Source of the DNA: the human T2T-CHM13v2.0 reference genome, Homo sapiens
Assembly (NCBI RefSeq): GCF_009914755.1
Contig: NC_060927.1
Reading direction: 5' to 3' (one strand)
DNA: 64,000 nt
This document shows positions 14,590-32,022 of this stretch, piece by piece. Below the pieces are notes generated by a model. It was given only the letters and a program-made list of their open reading frames with translations. It was not told the DNA's origin and ran no database searches. The translations under genes and the position numbers were made by a program. Within the stretch, counting starts at the first letter, position 1. The number at the start of each line of letters is the position of its first letter.

Positions 14590-15700
14590 TAAATGAATGT
14601 AATCTTGTTAAAACCTAAATTGAATATGTCACTACTCTGCTGGAAACCCTCCAATGGCTTCCAAATGGAGTAAAGACCAGTCTTGCAGTAGCTGTTGAGG
14701 CTGTAGATCTGGCTTCCCATTTCTCCTCCTCCTCTCATCTCCCCGATTCTCACTTGCTCACTCTATCTCAGCCATGCTGGCCTCCAACAGACCATGCACA
14801 CTCCCTCCTTTTCTCCCCTAGGTATTCATGGGTGTGGTTCATTTCTATACTTGCTTAATTCCTTACTTAAATGTCATATTTGCAATGGGGCAGCCCTATC
14901 CCAACATTTCTTATGCCCTTTCCAGCTCAATTTTTCTCCATGGCGCTAATAACCATCAAACATACTATACATTTTACAGGCTGTGATGGTTAATTTTAAT
15001 GTGTCAACTTGACTGAGCTAAGGGATGCCCAGATAGCTGGTCAAACATTGTTTGTGGTTGAGTCTGTGAGAGTGTTTCCAGAAGAAAGCATTTGAATCTT
15101 TCTGAGTGAGTAGACTGAGTGAAAAAGATCCAACCTCTTCAATGCAGGTGAGAATCATTCAGTCATTGGGGCCCAGAGAGAACAAAAAAGTGGAGAAATG
15201 GATGAATCCTCTCTCTCTTCTTGAGCTGAGACATTTGTCTTCTCCTGCTATCTGACATGAGAGTTCCTGGTTCTTGGTCCCCTGGACTCCAGAATTACAT
15301 CAGTGCCCTATCTTGTCCTCCCACCTCCCCAGTTTTCAGGCCTTCAGAATCAGACTGGGGGTTATACCATTGGCTCCCTTAGTTCTCAGGCCTTCAGACT
15401 GAATTACACAACCAGTTTTCTTAGTTTTCCAGCTTGCAGATGGCATATGGAAGGATATCTAGACCTCCATAATCACATGAACCAATTCTCATAATCTTCT
15501 TTTAGGTTCTGTTTCTGTGGAGAACCCAGAATAATATACTGGCTTATCTTGTTTATTGTCTGTCTTTCCTGATTAGAATGAGAGCTCCACAAGGGCAGGG
15601 ATTTTTATCTATTTTATTCACTATTGTTTTCTCAGCACCTAGAACCACACTTGGAACATAAAAGACACTCAACAAATATTTGTTGAATGAGTAGATGAAT
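14590..15700 (+). mobile_element. L2 3' part interrupted by an MLT2 LTR
   Basis: AAACCCTCCAATGGCTTCC... before the LTR; GAGCTCCACAAGGGCAGGG...AAATATTTGTTGAATGA after it. Confidence 0.75.
14982..15538 (+). mobile_element. Solo ERVL LTR, MLT2B-like
   Basis: TGTGATGGTTAATTTT...GTCAACTTGACTG...GGAGAACCC...AATATA; TSD CAGGC/CTGGC. Confidence 0.85.
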
Positions 15701-16107
15701 TAATATATGTCCTGAACATGTGTAGCTTGCCATACATCATGATGGTTGCTGAAAATCCAGAGGTGAATAAATTGGAATCCTAACCCTAGGGGAGGTCACA
15801 GACTGTTGGTGTAAGCCAGCCCTTACCTAAACAACCGGGCAAGTTTAATAAGATAGATGTTCCAACCTCCACATTGTAGTTACCTAACTAACTCTTCTAC
15901 AGAAGGGACTGAGGAAGATTTCACGGAAGAAAGAATGTTTGAGCTGAGTTATATAGCAATTTATCAATTGGATGAGACTAGAGAGAGGTCTGTATAAAGG
16001 GAGGGAGGGGTCATGTATAAGGGCATTCCCTACATCACAGTGTTTTAAAAGTTAAAAAGAAATAGTGTATATGGAAGTGCTTTGCAAATTAATGCAACAA
16101 TAGAGTG

Positions 16108-16438
16108 CAGTTCATCACTTGGTATCTGTTGGGGATTGGTTCCTGGACCTACCAAGGATACCAAAATTCACGGATGCTGAGGACTCTGATATAAAATGGG
16201 TAGTACTTGCACATAGCCTATGCACATCCTCCCATCTAGTTTAAATCATCTGCAGATTATTTATAATACCTAGTACAATGTAAATGCTATGTAGATATTA
16301 TACTGTTTCATTTAGGAAATAATGACAAGAAAAAAGTCTGTACATGTTCCATACAGATGCAATTTTTAAAAATGTATTTTTGACTTGTGATTTGTTGAAT
16401 TAATGGGTGCAGAACCCACAGACACAGAAGGCCAACTG
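16108..16438 (+). mobile_element. MER2 (Tigger/TcMar non-autonomous DNA transposon)
   Basis: CAGTT...GGGGATTGGTTCCTGGACC...GGATACCAAAAT...GGCCAACTG, followed by TA. Confidence 0.85.
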
Positions 16439-17107
16439 TATATGTACTATTATTTACCTGTGTTAATTTTTTTCTTTTCCCAATGGCATCATCTCACAAG
16501 ATATTCCATGATGCAACTTTGTGACAAAAGACAATAATATGCATTTGAATTTTATTGAAATAGCTTCTCAGAATTGAAATATTCATATTGGTCAAAGAAT
16601 ATATGTCAATGAACATATGAAATAGCATGCCTCAGCATTTTTAAATCTGTTTTTCAGTAATTAAAAGCTGTTATCTCTAATTTCTCAGGCTGAGAACAAA
16701 TTAAGTAGGACACTGAAAAAAATTAGTCTTAAAATAAGCCATGCTATATTTCTCAAGTGTACAAATTGTTAATTAGAATTGGGAAGTGAACAGAAGGAGC
16801 TTAAAATAAAGACCTTCAATTTCAAATTAAAGCTGAAAATGGACCCATGTTTGGCACTGGCGTTAATAAAGAGCTAAGATTTATGGAGGCTGAAGTAGAA
16901 ATAGATAATTTTAAAAATGTTTAAATAATTTTGATTTAATGTTTTTATACTTGATTGAAATGTGCATTTTTTAGGATTTTAAATATTTTAGAATATTTTT
17001 TAAGTGAGAAATTATTTTTATATTTTCACATTTACTTTACATTTTATAATGTATTTAAACTTTGTACACTTTGAAATCAATTGCATTTTGATTTCAGTAA
17101 TTTAGAT

Positions 17108-17467
17108 TAGGGTTCAGCAAATTATGCTTTGCAGACCACATCTGCCTGTCATGTGTTTTTATATAGCCTACAAAAGCTAAGAATGGGTTTGAGGGTTTTT
17201 CTCTTTAAAACATTTTTAAATAGTATTGGGAAAAATCAAAAGAGTAATAATATTTTTTGCATGTAAAATTTACATGAAATTCTGATTTTAATGTCTATAA
17301 ATAAAACTTTCTTCAAACACAACCACAACCATTTGTGCAATTACATGTTGTTTACAGCTGCTTTCATTACAACAGCAAAGGTGAGTAGTGGCAACAGAAA
17401 CCTTATAGTCCAAAATGCTGAGAATATTTACCACATATCTTTTATAGAAAAAGTTTGCTGACTCCTG
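17108..17467 (+). mobile_element. MER58B (hAT-Charlie)
   Basis: TIR-like ends AGGGTTCAGCAAA / TTTGCTGACTCCTG; 8-bp TSD ATTTAGAT/CTTTAGAT. Confidence 0.85.
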
Positions 17468-17704
17468 CTTTAGATCATTACTGTCAATAGAGCACAAAAA
17501 TAACTTCTTTTATAAGCAAATCATTTATCCATTTAAATTTAAATTTGTTTTTAATTTTTCTGAAAAAAGGGTATTTTATTTGCCCTAAAACAGAAAAACA
17601 CAAGGCCACAGAAACATACCTTATTTTGAAATAGAAGAAAAAATTTAAAATATGCAAATATTTGAATTTGCATATGAATGTAGCTCTCTTAATATCCTCT
17701 ACAT

Positions 17705-18540
17705 ACTTTTATTATAAATTGACAAATTGTAATTAATATATATTACAGTTATATACATATATGAATGTATACATATTATTCATATTATACAGTTAATACC
17801 AATTATACTATATACATATTATAGTATGTATTTACGGGATAAAAAGTGATGTTATAATTTATGAATATAATGTGGAATAATTAAATCAAGCTAATAGACA
17901 TATCCATCACCTTAAATATTTATCAATTTTGAGGTGAGAACACTTGAAATTTACCCTCTTAGGGATTTTGACATGTATAATACATTATTATTTATTGTAT
18001 TCATCAAGCTCTGAGTCTATCTCCAAGAAAATAGAGACTTTGTATCCTTTTGACCATCATCTCCCTATTTCCCTCAAATTCCCAGCCTCTGGTAATCCCC
18101 ATTCTACTCTCTGCTTCTTTGGGTTTGTTTTAAGTTTCTACATGTAAATGAGAAGTTCATTCAGTATTTGTCTTTCTGTGGCTTATTTCACTTAGCAGAA
18201 TGTTCTCCAATTCCATCCATGTTGTCACAAATTACAAAATTCCTTTCTTTTCTAAGGCTGGATAGTACATTGTGTATATATATATGTATATACACACACA
18301 CACCACATTTTAAAAAATTATTCATTTGTTGATGGACATTTAGGTTGACTTCATAACTTGGCTACTATGAACACTGTTGCAATGAACAGGAGCATACAGA
18401 CATTTCTTCCACATACTACATATCTTTTTGGGTAATACTCACAAGTAAGATTACTGGATCATATGATAATTCTATTTTTAATTTTTTGAGAAATCTCCAC
18501 ACAGTTTTCCATAATGGCTGTACTAATTTACATTCCCATT
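17705..18540 (-). mobile_element. L1MA (older L1MA-type) 3' end fragment
   Basis: TTAAATCAAGCTAAT...CATTCTACTCTCTGCTTC...CATAATGGCTGTACTAATTTACATTCCCA. Confidence 0.8.
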
Positions 18541-18669
18541 GAAATATTTTTAAATTTTGTTACTCTTCTAAATATCACGGATCCATGAATACAATATATA
18601 AAATCATAGCTTTACACATTTTTAAAAATTTTTATATTCTGACTGCATGTTTGATAATGGAGGAGGAAT

Positions 18670-18689
18670 GAACATGTTAAAACATGTTC
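18670..18689. promoter_or_regulatory. Candidate p53-family response element
   Basis: GAACATGTTA AAACATGTTC: two decamers, zero spacer, 19/20 match to RRRCWWGYYY x2; motif only. Confidence 0.45.
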
Positions 18690-19254
18690 AATAGTTTGTT
18701 GACTTGATTTCCAGCTTTAAGTATTTAGACATAGGGTAGATGGGGCTCTATTTGTACTTTGCTCTGGACTCAGCAGTGTTAGTGGAGCTGAGAAAAGGAG
18801 CAAACAGGGATAAGCAGGAAGGGTAGAGGAGGTGAGCAGGGTGATGGCAAAGTACTGATTTAACAGAAAACACTTACTTAAAAAAAGAAATTGAGCAAAT
18901 TAGAGTCAAAGAGGCATGCACATCTCTGTGCCCTGTGGGAATCTGTGGGTACTAATAAGTAGATTAGTTATAGGAAAAGCTTTTGTTTTTCTTCGGTCAC
19001 TCCACATATCACGAAGAAGCAAGCAGAAGCACAGTAAGGTTATTAGTCATACTGTTACTTAATGATGAGACATGACAAAATCAATTCATGCACCAAAAAT
19101 TATTAAGAATTTAGAAGTTACAGAAATATGTAATTTCACAGTTATCTATCATAATGACCTCCCAAGGAACTTTCAACCTTATGACTCTATTACTTAATAG
19201 ATGTATTAATAGATATATTACTTAATATTGCTTGTGCCTGAGACTCATTTGTAC

Positions 19255-19960
19255 AATCAACTAAGTATCTATTTGGTTCCAGATACTTCACTAGATCTGT
19301 GGACTAAAGTAATAGAAATAAGCAGTCCAGTCTGGTGGCCATTAGCCACATGTGGCTATAGAGCACTTCAGTTGTAGCTGGTCAAAACTGCCATGTGTTC
19401 TAAGTATAAAATGTACACTGAATTTCAAAGACTTACTATGAAAAAGAAGAATGTAGACTTTTTTGTTATAAACTATAAGTTTTTATATGTATTACATTTT
19501 GAAAAAACTAATATTTTAGATGTATTGGGTCATATTAAATGTCATTAAAATTAATTTTTCCTGTTCCTTTTTACCTTTTATAATGTGGCTAGTAAAAAAT
19601 GCCAAATTACACCCATGGCTACCATTGTATTTCCACTGGACAATGTTGGAATAAAAGAGAGTGTCCTCAGGGAACTCACATTTTAGTCAGATCAATAAGT
19701 AAACAAGCAATGACAGGTGACCATCAAGTAAACATGAGCTGCTTTGACAGTATCCAAAGAAGATGCTCAGATGAGCCCAGGAGGGGCTCCAGAGGGAATC
19801 TGGAGTGAGAGGTGATGCCTGGGCTGAATTTTCACAGATGGGCAGGAGGCAACCTTCAGTCAGGTGGAGAACATTCCAGCTAGAGAATACAGCATGTGCA
19901 ATGTCACAGCAGTTTGAAGTAGCTTCTCATATTTGGAAAACTATTAATAGTTTGATATAA
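19255..19960 (-). mobile_element. L2 fragment interrupted by MER33
   Basis: GTCCTCAGGGAACTCACATTTTAG...ACATTCCAGCTAGAGAATACAGCATGTGCAA. Confidence 0.6.
19318..19648 (-). mobile_element. MER33 (hAT-Charlie)
   Basis: GGTGGCCATTAGCCACATGTGGCTAT...AATTTCAAAGACTTA...CTGGACAATGTTG. Confidence 0.85.
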
Positions 19961-19961
19961 T

Positions 19962-20383
<422 letters not shown>

Positions 20384-23300
20384 TTAGATCTGGTCTTTAT
20401 CTAAAAATGTGCCCTTTTCCAATAATGTTGAAGAAGCACTTACAAGCTTTGGAATGAACCTTCTCCAAAACAGCCTAATGTGAATTCTAGAAATGATATT
20501 GATTGTTCCTTTGCAATTGTTCCATGAATCAACTAACTTAAAACTATTCAAACAGAGGAGGAGTGCCCAATGTTGTGTGGTATATGAAATATAAATAATG
20601 CTTAGAAAGGTGATGAAAAGCCAAAAAGCCCTGTTAGGTAACAGGGGAAAAAAGGTTTTCAGGAGGATGCAACCATTAGAAAAAGGCTACTTACTTCAGC
20701 TTGTAATTCACTAATTATTTATGCAAAAAGGAAGCAGTATTCTACCATCCAGCATACAGCTTTTCATGCTTTATGCAGTCTTCACGAGAAAGAGACAAAT
20801 GACCATAACCTCAAGGACTTTGTAAATAAATCATGTTTCTGGGCCAGTTCTGCACTGGAAGTTGGTCAACCTGGCACAACCATTGTTTAGCTTTTGCCTG
20901 CAGAGTACTATTCTGCCAACAGCTGTGGCCACCTGCCTCCCCCCAAAAACTTCAACTTTACCCTTCATCCTGGAGCCAATTGATTCCTAAGTAAGGACCA
21001 CTTTAAGGACCCCTAATTTAGCATGTTATTTGGCTTGATATCACTTCATATGTGTTCTTAACCTCAAATCCCAGGTCTGATAACTAGGCTTTGGAAAAGC
21101 ACTTTACTTTGAACCTCAGTATCACCTGAATGGGCACCTGTCATTCTCTTTCATCACATCTGCCAAGTGCTGTGTTTCATATTCTTGGCCAGGCCTTCTC
21201 CCTTCTTTTTACCTCTCAGGCCTGTCCTACTCCAGTAAGCACACTGTGATTCTGGTACTTGCCCACCTCCTGGCCAGTGCACCGCAGCTTATGGGCCTGG
21301 ACACCCCTACTTCTCCATCAGTAGCCCCAGTTTTGGGCTCCATATTGAAAATACTCACTGAGAAAAGCACGCTTTATAAGAACTCAGGAGAACTTGTGGC
21401 TTCTGTTGCAAAGGCTATTTTTAACCCTCGCTATTATAGTTTTTAAATGTGCTATCTGATTAATTTTGTAAGCTTGGATTCTCTCTTCACAGGCTAATTG
21501 ACTCATTGTAATACCGAAGTTGAATCTTCAAAAGTGTCTGAATGCTTCAATTTTCACTTTATTCTTTCTCAGTTCTTTGGTTTTTTTGAACTAAAAAGTA
21601 GCCTTGATTGCCAGGGGTTGGAGGTAGATTAACCGTTCAGCTAGATTGTGGAAAAATGGAATGAGTAGTTCTAAAAGCCAAGCACCACCTCCTTTGATAC
21701 AAATAGCCTATTCTCCTTACATGTCTATTAACTTGCTTAGTTTCCAATCAAGACTGGGTAGACAACTTTAGCTGGTCACCAAGGAGCCCAGTGTCTGATC
21801 CTGGGTCTCATTTACCAAAGAGCAACAGCCGGAATCACTGTCTTCCAAGTGCTTTCTTCATGGATGTACTTTGGGTTCTATAGGTTTACTCCAGTGGAGG
21901 ACTGGATCTACTTTTCTTTTGCAAATGATTTGTTGTAATCTACAGACCTATGTCCCGCACGTGGAAAATAAAATTAAATAGGAAGAAGAGGCCATGGAGA
22001 ATCTATTGCATTGTTCAGACTTCGGCTGAAGATGGCTGAAGGTTTCAGTCATCTACTTTTGGTTAGTCATTTGAGATGCTGAGTGACTCCAGGAAGTGAT
22101 GGTTTATGGGTAATGAAAGACAAATACTTCTCCTGGGGATTGTGAATCCTTTACATTCGAGTAATTTTAATTTTTTCATCTGGAACTAAATAATGCAAAA
22201 TTAATTTCATATTTTTATCTCTTCATCATCCTGTGGTATTTAAACACTTTTTTAAAAGTGTCTTATTTATAAGCCTGCTTCTTAGGAGAAATCTTTACTG
22301 ATTTAGAATTTATAAACCAAAAGAAGGGGTGCACAACCACAAAAAGAGTATAAGAGAGGAACAATAGAAGTGACCATGACCATCCAGACTCAGGAAGATG
22401 GACATGTACATCTTCTGTTCCTAATCATCAGGCACTGTCTTTGGTAAATTTGCTGCAAGGCCCTGTTATGTGGGAGCAGTGTGGAGCCAGAAAATAGGAT
22501 AGGCTTTTGGAATGATTCACAGCATATGAAGGCAGAATTGATGACTCTCCCTGGAAAACAGGATATATTCGTAACAATAATGAAAACTCTTCAAATGCAA
22601 AAGTATTTTCTTAGGTGACTTCAGGCTGAAAAAAGGCTATCTTCAGTAGCCACATACATCTGTATTCTTATTACCTAATTTGTAGCACGTGGTGGAGCAG
22701 CCCAGGCAGTATTGAAGGTTAATCTCAGCATTAGTGTGGCATCAGTAATTCATTCTGTAGAGCTGGATCTTCCACTCAGGTTTAATGCATCAGACAATCA
22801 GTTCCAGTCACAATAAGGTGGCATGTAGAGGTATCTGGACAAAAAGAATAATTTCTTTATGAGGGTGTGTTGTTGATTTTTAAAGGTCTTTTCTAAGAGG
22901 TATAATATCAAACAGATCACTGACTCTTGGGTGGTTGTTTTTGTTGATGTTGTTGTTGTTTTAACTTTCAGAATATTTGGGATCTGTTAAATCTCATCTC
23001 TGACCAATCGCACAGACAAAAGCTCTTTAAGGAGGAAGAGGTAGTAAATCTGCATCTGTTATGTGATTGCTTAATTGGTGTCAAGCTACAGGCTCCTGAC
23101 TCCCTTGTTTTTATGTCACACTCACACTTCACTCTTTGAACTCCCGGTATAGCACTCTCAGGAAGCCTCTTAGCTCTCTCAGGCAGAAAAGCAAGTAACT
23201 GAAAGCAACTCTGGAAGTTGGATATGTTCACCATCACCTGTTATTATCACGTAGACACAGCCTCTTGTAAAGGCTTTGTATCTGAGAAGTCTGCCTCTAA

Positions 23301-23706
23301 AGTCACTGTGGCAATTAATAATGCCCAAACCTAAATCAAAATTCCTATTGCTGCTCTTGCTGGTAATATAAGATTCTTCCTGTTTCTTTCATAAATTAGT
23401 TGATAACTGTCTCTGCTTCTCTGTTGAGTGAAAGGATTTTAATTACACAATGCACAGGAGCACAAAGCTTCATCTCCCGGCCAGTGGACAATGGAGGCTT
23501 GTGATAAAAGCACATTAAACCTTCATTGAGGTTGTTTACACATTTGTAACAGTGGCTGTGTTTGTCTCTGATAGCAGGGACAATAAATCAAAACCTTAGG
23601 ATGTTCTTTTCATTAGCCAATGATTTTATAGCCTGTGGTGGCTTTTTAACCATCCATGCATAAATGGAGTGATATAATTTGTAATTACTGGAAATAACTA
23701 GAATAA

Positions 23707-24113
<407 letters not shown>

Positions 24114-25129
24114 TAATCACCCCTATTAGTGTGCAACACCTACAAGTTCCATAGACTTTTTCCTCAGGCCTTTAATGGGGATTACATTATTCTTCTAACT
24201 CAGAGTTATGGACACCATAGTGGCAATGTTGATCTCAACCACATGACAAAAAGAAAAGCTGCCTGGCTTCCTGGGGAAACAGTTGGGTGGGAAAAAGAAG
24301 GTCAGTGCCTTCAACTCTGAGAAGAAATATGGAGAGAGGACTCTCTGGGAAAATGAGAGAGGTCCGTGTTCTCGCCTAGCTCTACCATGTACTATGCATG
24401 AAAGAAATCAAGAATGCTGTGGCCCATTTGAAGTACTCAACTATATTTTCTCTTTGTTTTCTAGCAGGGAGTCACAAATACAATTTTGCATTGCAGAGCC
24501 CTAGTTCGATGCCTAAGATGTGGATTTAATTTTAACTAAGATCCAAATGTAACAATGTTAGAGAAAATACAGCAGAAAGGAAAAAATTTAAAAACTATAT
24601 CTAGTTTGTAATGCTGAGTAAAGTTGCCTTGAGTGTCCAAAAGTTCCTGGAAATATTTGTGAAGTTCTTTCATTGAAAAAACTTGACTTTTAAAGATAGG
24701 CAGTCCTACACTCCCAAGAAGGTGATTGACAGCACAAATCCCATTCATCGATGGGCATTGGGTTGTACAGTCTTTCTCCCTCTTCTAGCTCTTGCAGTAT
24801 CACCACCACATCAGGAAACAGCTGTCGGTTGCTTTGTTTTCCATCAGTTGTTGATGTGTTGAAGGCTGACATAGTTTCAATTTATGTGTTTTCTTTCCAT
24901 AAGAGTCACTAGTGATATGTAGGCCACCCAAATTCTAGACATGACATGGTCAGATAGAACTTATTTCTTTTCGTAAAAAATAAGATTAATTCTGCTTTTA
25001 ATCTTCCTTATGTCATTGTTATACTAGTACCATTATTATATTAACATAAAACATTAATGGTAATATTAAAATATAGCTTTATACAATAATATATGATGGT
25101 CATTAATACTAGTATATTGCATTTATAAT

Positions 25130-25370
25130 AATATCTCTATTTGCTTAGCACCTGCCAAGTGCCAGGCTTTATATACATTGTTTAAAATCTTCACAGCATC
25201 CAAACAAGATGGAAATTATTGTCCCAGGGTTACAGATGAAGAAAAAGAATGAGGCCCGAAGAGATTTAGCAACTTTTTCAGTGCCACATAGCTAGTAATT
25301 AGCACAGCTAAGATTCAAATACCGTATGGTCTGACTCCAAAACTCAAGTAGTTTTTATCATATCATACTG
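25130..25370 (-). mobile_element. MIR
   Basis: GTGCCAGGC...TTACAGATGAAGAAA...GATTCAAAT...TCTGACTCCAAA. Confidence 0.75.
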
Positions 25371-25924
25371 CATCTCTTTCTCAAGCAGTGGACCACGCTC
25401 TAGTAAAAGACGTGTTGTATATGGAAAAACACAGTCTGCAGCAGCTCATAACAGAGCTTAAAGAGTGGTTGCTATTTTAGTCTCTGTTAATGCTATAAAT
25501 GTGCAAATAAGTGTCACCTTCATGTGGGCAAATTTTAACTACCTCATGAACTGCATTTACAAGGAGATGCTTAATTTACTACAGTTTGTTTATGAGTGCT
25601 CTTGTGTGAGGTGAATCATTTAGGGCAGTTTATTTTTAGAGTTACACAAGGAGTGGATTAAAAAAATACCCGCTCAAACAAGAATGTCAAGCAAATTTAG
25701 CTTGAAACACGAGGTAGACATAGTGTACTAAGAGGGCTGAGAATAAACTTTTGAACTTAAAGAGTCCTGATTCCTGTTTGTAACCCTGATGCACAGATCA
25801 CTGGCTTGTATTTCACAATATCAACTTTTCAGTAAATGGAAGCTTTCTCTTTTAAAAACTCTGAATTAAATCTTATTTACAATAGATTTGCATTGTTCAA
25901 AAAAAAAGTTTTTAGTATATTTAG

Positions 25925-26460
<536 letters not shown>

Positions 26461-26469
26461 TCACTATAG

Positions 26470-26594
26470 CGTGGGAAAAAGAGAGCTGGAGAGTTGAGCT
26501 GTAGCCATAAATGCTTCGGCCTAATAGTGACACATATCACTTCTACTCATTCTTTTTTCCATTTGACTAGAATAAGTCACATAGCCACACTTAC
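26470..26594 (-). mobile_element. MLT1 (MaLR) LTR fragment, continued at ~29570-29600
   Basis: GTGACACATATCACTTCTACTCA...AGTCACATAGCCACAC, then GGAGCCGGGAATTGTAATC after the L1. Confidence 0.55.
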
Positions 26595-29592
<2,998 letters not shown>

Positions 29593-29778
29593 TTAATCAG
29601 AAATAGAGAACTAGATACAAGTGAACATAAGTATTGATACCACAACTTAGATCTAAGCCACTTGGTGATGAAGGGAAAAAGTGAAAGTTTAAATTGCTCT
29701 CTCTGCCTAATAAGATCACACCAGTTCATAAGAGAGAAAAGCTTTTACCCACATCTTGCATAATAAACAACAGTTGAA

Positions 29779-30107
29779 CAACCGCACATGATGGCTTATG
29801 CCTGTAATCCCAGCACTTTGGGAGGCTGAGTTGGGCAGATCAGTTGCGGCCAGGAGTTCGAGACCAGCCTGGCCAACATGGCAAAATCCAGTCTCTACTA
29901 AAAATAGAAAAATTAGCAGGTATGGTGGCGTATGCCTATAGTTCTAGCTACTCAGGAGGCTGAGGTATGAGAATTGCTTGAACCTGGGAGGTAGAGGGTG
30001 CAGCAAGCCGAGATCACACTACTGTACTTCAGCCTGGGAGATAGATCAAGAGCAAGACTCTGCAAACAAACAAACAAACAAACAAAAAAAACCAAAAAAA
30101 AAAAAAA
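29779..30107 (+). mobile_element. Alu (old S/J type) with (CAAA)n/A tail
   Basis: Diverged dimer with CCTGTAATCCCAGCACTTTGGGAGG. Confidence 0.92.
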
Positions 30108-30216
30108 CCCAGAAATAATCAGCACTATCTAATCCAGGCAACAAACACTTGCCAAAAATGAAACACTTGTTCAAAAATGAACACTTTCTTATTGTAGGGT
30201 ATTTTAGAGCATTTTT

Positions 30217-31201
30217 AAAATTATACTTTAAGTTCTGGGATACATGTGCAGAACGTGCAGGTTTGTTACATAGGTATACATGTGCCATGGTGGTTTGCTG
30301 CACCCATCAACTACATTAGGTATTTCTCCTAATGCTATCCCTCCCCTAGCCCCCCATCCCCTGACAGGCCCCGGTGTGTGATGTTCCCCTCCCTGTGTCC
30401 ACGTGTCCTCATTATTCAACTCCCACTTATGAGTGAGAACATGCAGTGTTTGGTTTTCTATTCTTGGGTAAGTTTGCTGAGAATGATGGTTTCCAGTTTT
30501 ATCCATGTCCCTGCAAAGTACATGAACTCATCCTTTTTTATGGCTGCATAGTATTCTATGGTGTATATGTGCCACATTTTCTTTATCTAGTCTATCATTG
30601 ATGGGCATCTGGGTTGGTTCCAAGTCTTGGCTATTGTGAGCAGTGCCACTACAAACATACGTGTGCATGTGTCTTTATAGTAGCATGATTTATAATCCCT
30701 TGGGTATATACCAAGTAATGGGATGGCTGGGTCAAATGGTATTTCTGGTTCTAGATCCTTGAGAAATCATCACACTGTCACAATTGCTACAAAGAGAATA
30801 AAATACCTAGGAATACAATTTACAAGAGATGTGAAGGACCTCTTCAAGGGGAACTACAAACCACTGCTCAAGGAAATAAGAGAGGACACAAACAAATGGA
30901 AAAACATTCCACGCTCGTGGATACACGCTCATGGATAGGAAGAATCAATATCGTGAAAATGAACATACTGCCCAAAGTAACTTACAGATTCAATGCTATC
31001 CCAATCAAACTACCATTGACTTTCTTCACAGTATTGAAAAAAATACTTTAAATTTCATATGGAACCAAAAAAGAGCCCACATAGCCAAGACAATCCTAAT
31101 AAAAAGAACAAAGCTGGAGACATCATGCTACCTGATTTCAAACTATACTACAAGGCTACAGTAACCAACACAGCATGGTACTGGTACCAAAACAGATATA
31201 C
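30217..31201 (-). mobile_element. 5'-inverted LINE-1, L1PA6-8-like
   Basis: 30217-~30778 is the L1 3' end on minus (AGTTCTGGGATACATGTGCAGAACGTG); ~30779-31201 is ORF2 on plus ([13 protein letters not shown]...); TSD AGAGCATTTTT at 30206-30216 and 31202-31212. Confidence 0.92.
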
Positions 31202-31216
31202 AGAGCATTTTTTAAA

Positions 31217-32022
31217 ATGGGCTTAGTTAGTTCACTTTACTTTTCTTGTATAAAAACACTATGTCATGGCCATAGCTAGAACTTGGGTCCTGTGTGTGGA
31301 AACTTGTGTGGTCTTTACAAGATGGTCAGTGAATTCTTCATGGAGAGACTTGGCAACAGTCTCTTTCCAGAGGTCAGGCATCAGATAGCTGTAGGTCTTG
31401 GAGATGGCATCAAAGGTAGCCTTGGTAAAGTTGCCTAGGGTGGCAGTGCAGCCCTGATCAAGGTGTAGCAGTCATTGACACTGGCCATCATCAGTAGCTT
31501 CTTAGGCAAAGGGGCAGAGACATTGCCAGTGCATCTGAGGGCAGAGATGAGGCACACCAGCACAGGGCCAAAGTGGTCAGTCACTCCACAAGGAATGATG
31601 TGGAGCATACCAATCTTATTCCCCAATAGCTTCTGCATGGGGAAAATGGAGAGCTTGGCCAGGGTGATGGACCCTCAGATGGCAGTGGCTACCTCCCTGA
31701 AACATTTAACACCCAGATGATGTGGCCACTGTACCTGGTCCACTGGCCAGCAAGAGTCTGCTTTTGCATGGGCATAATCTTTAAATTTTCATCCTTGAGG
31801 GATGCCCCCAGGAAAAAGTCAATTATCTCAGCATTTTTATGGGCAGGGAGAAGAGATAGATCTCTTCCAGGGACTTGATCTTCATGTCCTTGACCAGGAA
31901 GCCCAGCTTGGTGACTGGGAGCCACTCACCTCTGTCTTGCTTCTGTGAGCTCTGCAGGCTCCCAGACCCTCCCGCAGTCCTGGTGTTATTTGCCCTTTGG
32001 TGTTCTATCAGACAGGCAGCTC
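31217..32022 (-). pseudogene. RPS2: Processed pseudogene of 40S ribosomal protein S2 (uS5)
   Basis: Intronless; translates to [19 protein letters not shown] and [23 protein letters not shown]; 5'UTR-like ACACCAA with ATG mutated to AGG (31994-31996); stop at 31259-31261; 3'UTR TTTTTATACAAGAAAAGTAAAGTGAA; frameshifts; TSD TTTAGAG(C/T)ATTTTT at 30203-30216 and 32023-32036. Confidence 0.93.

Noticed and set aside
24690-24872. Minus-strand 60-aa ORF in unique DNA
   Set aside because: No recognisable homology or splice support.
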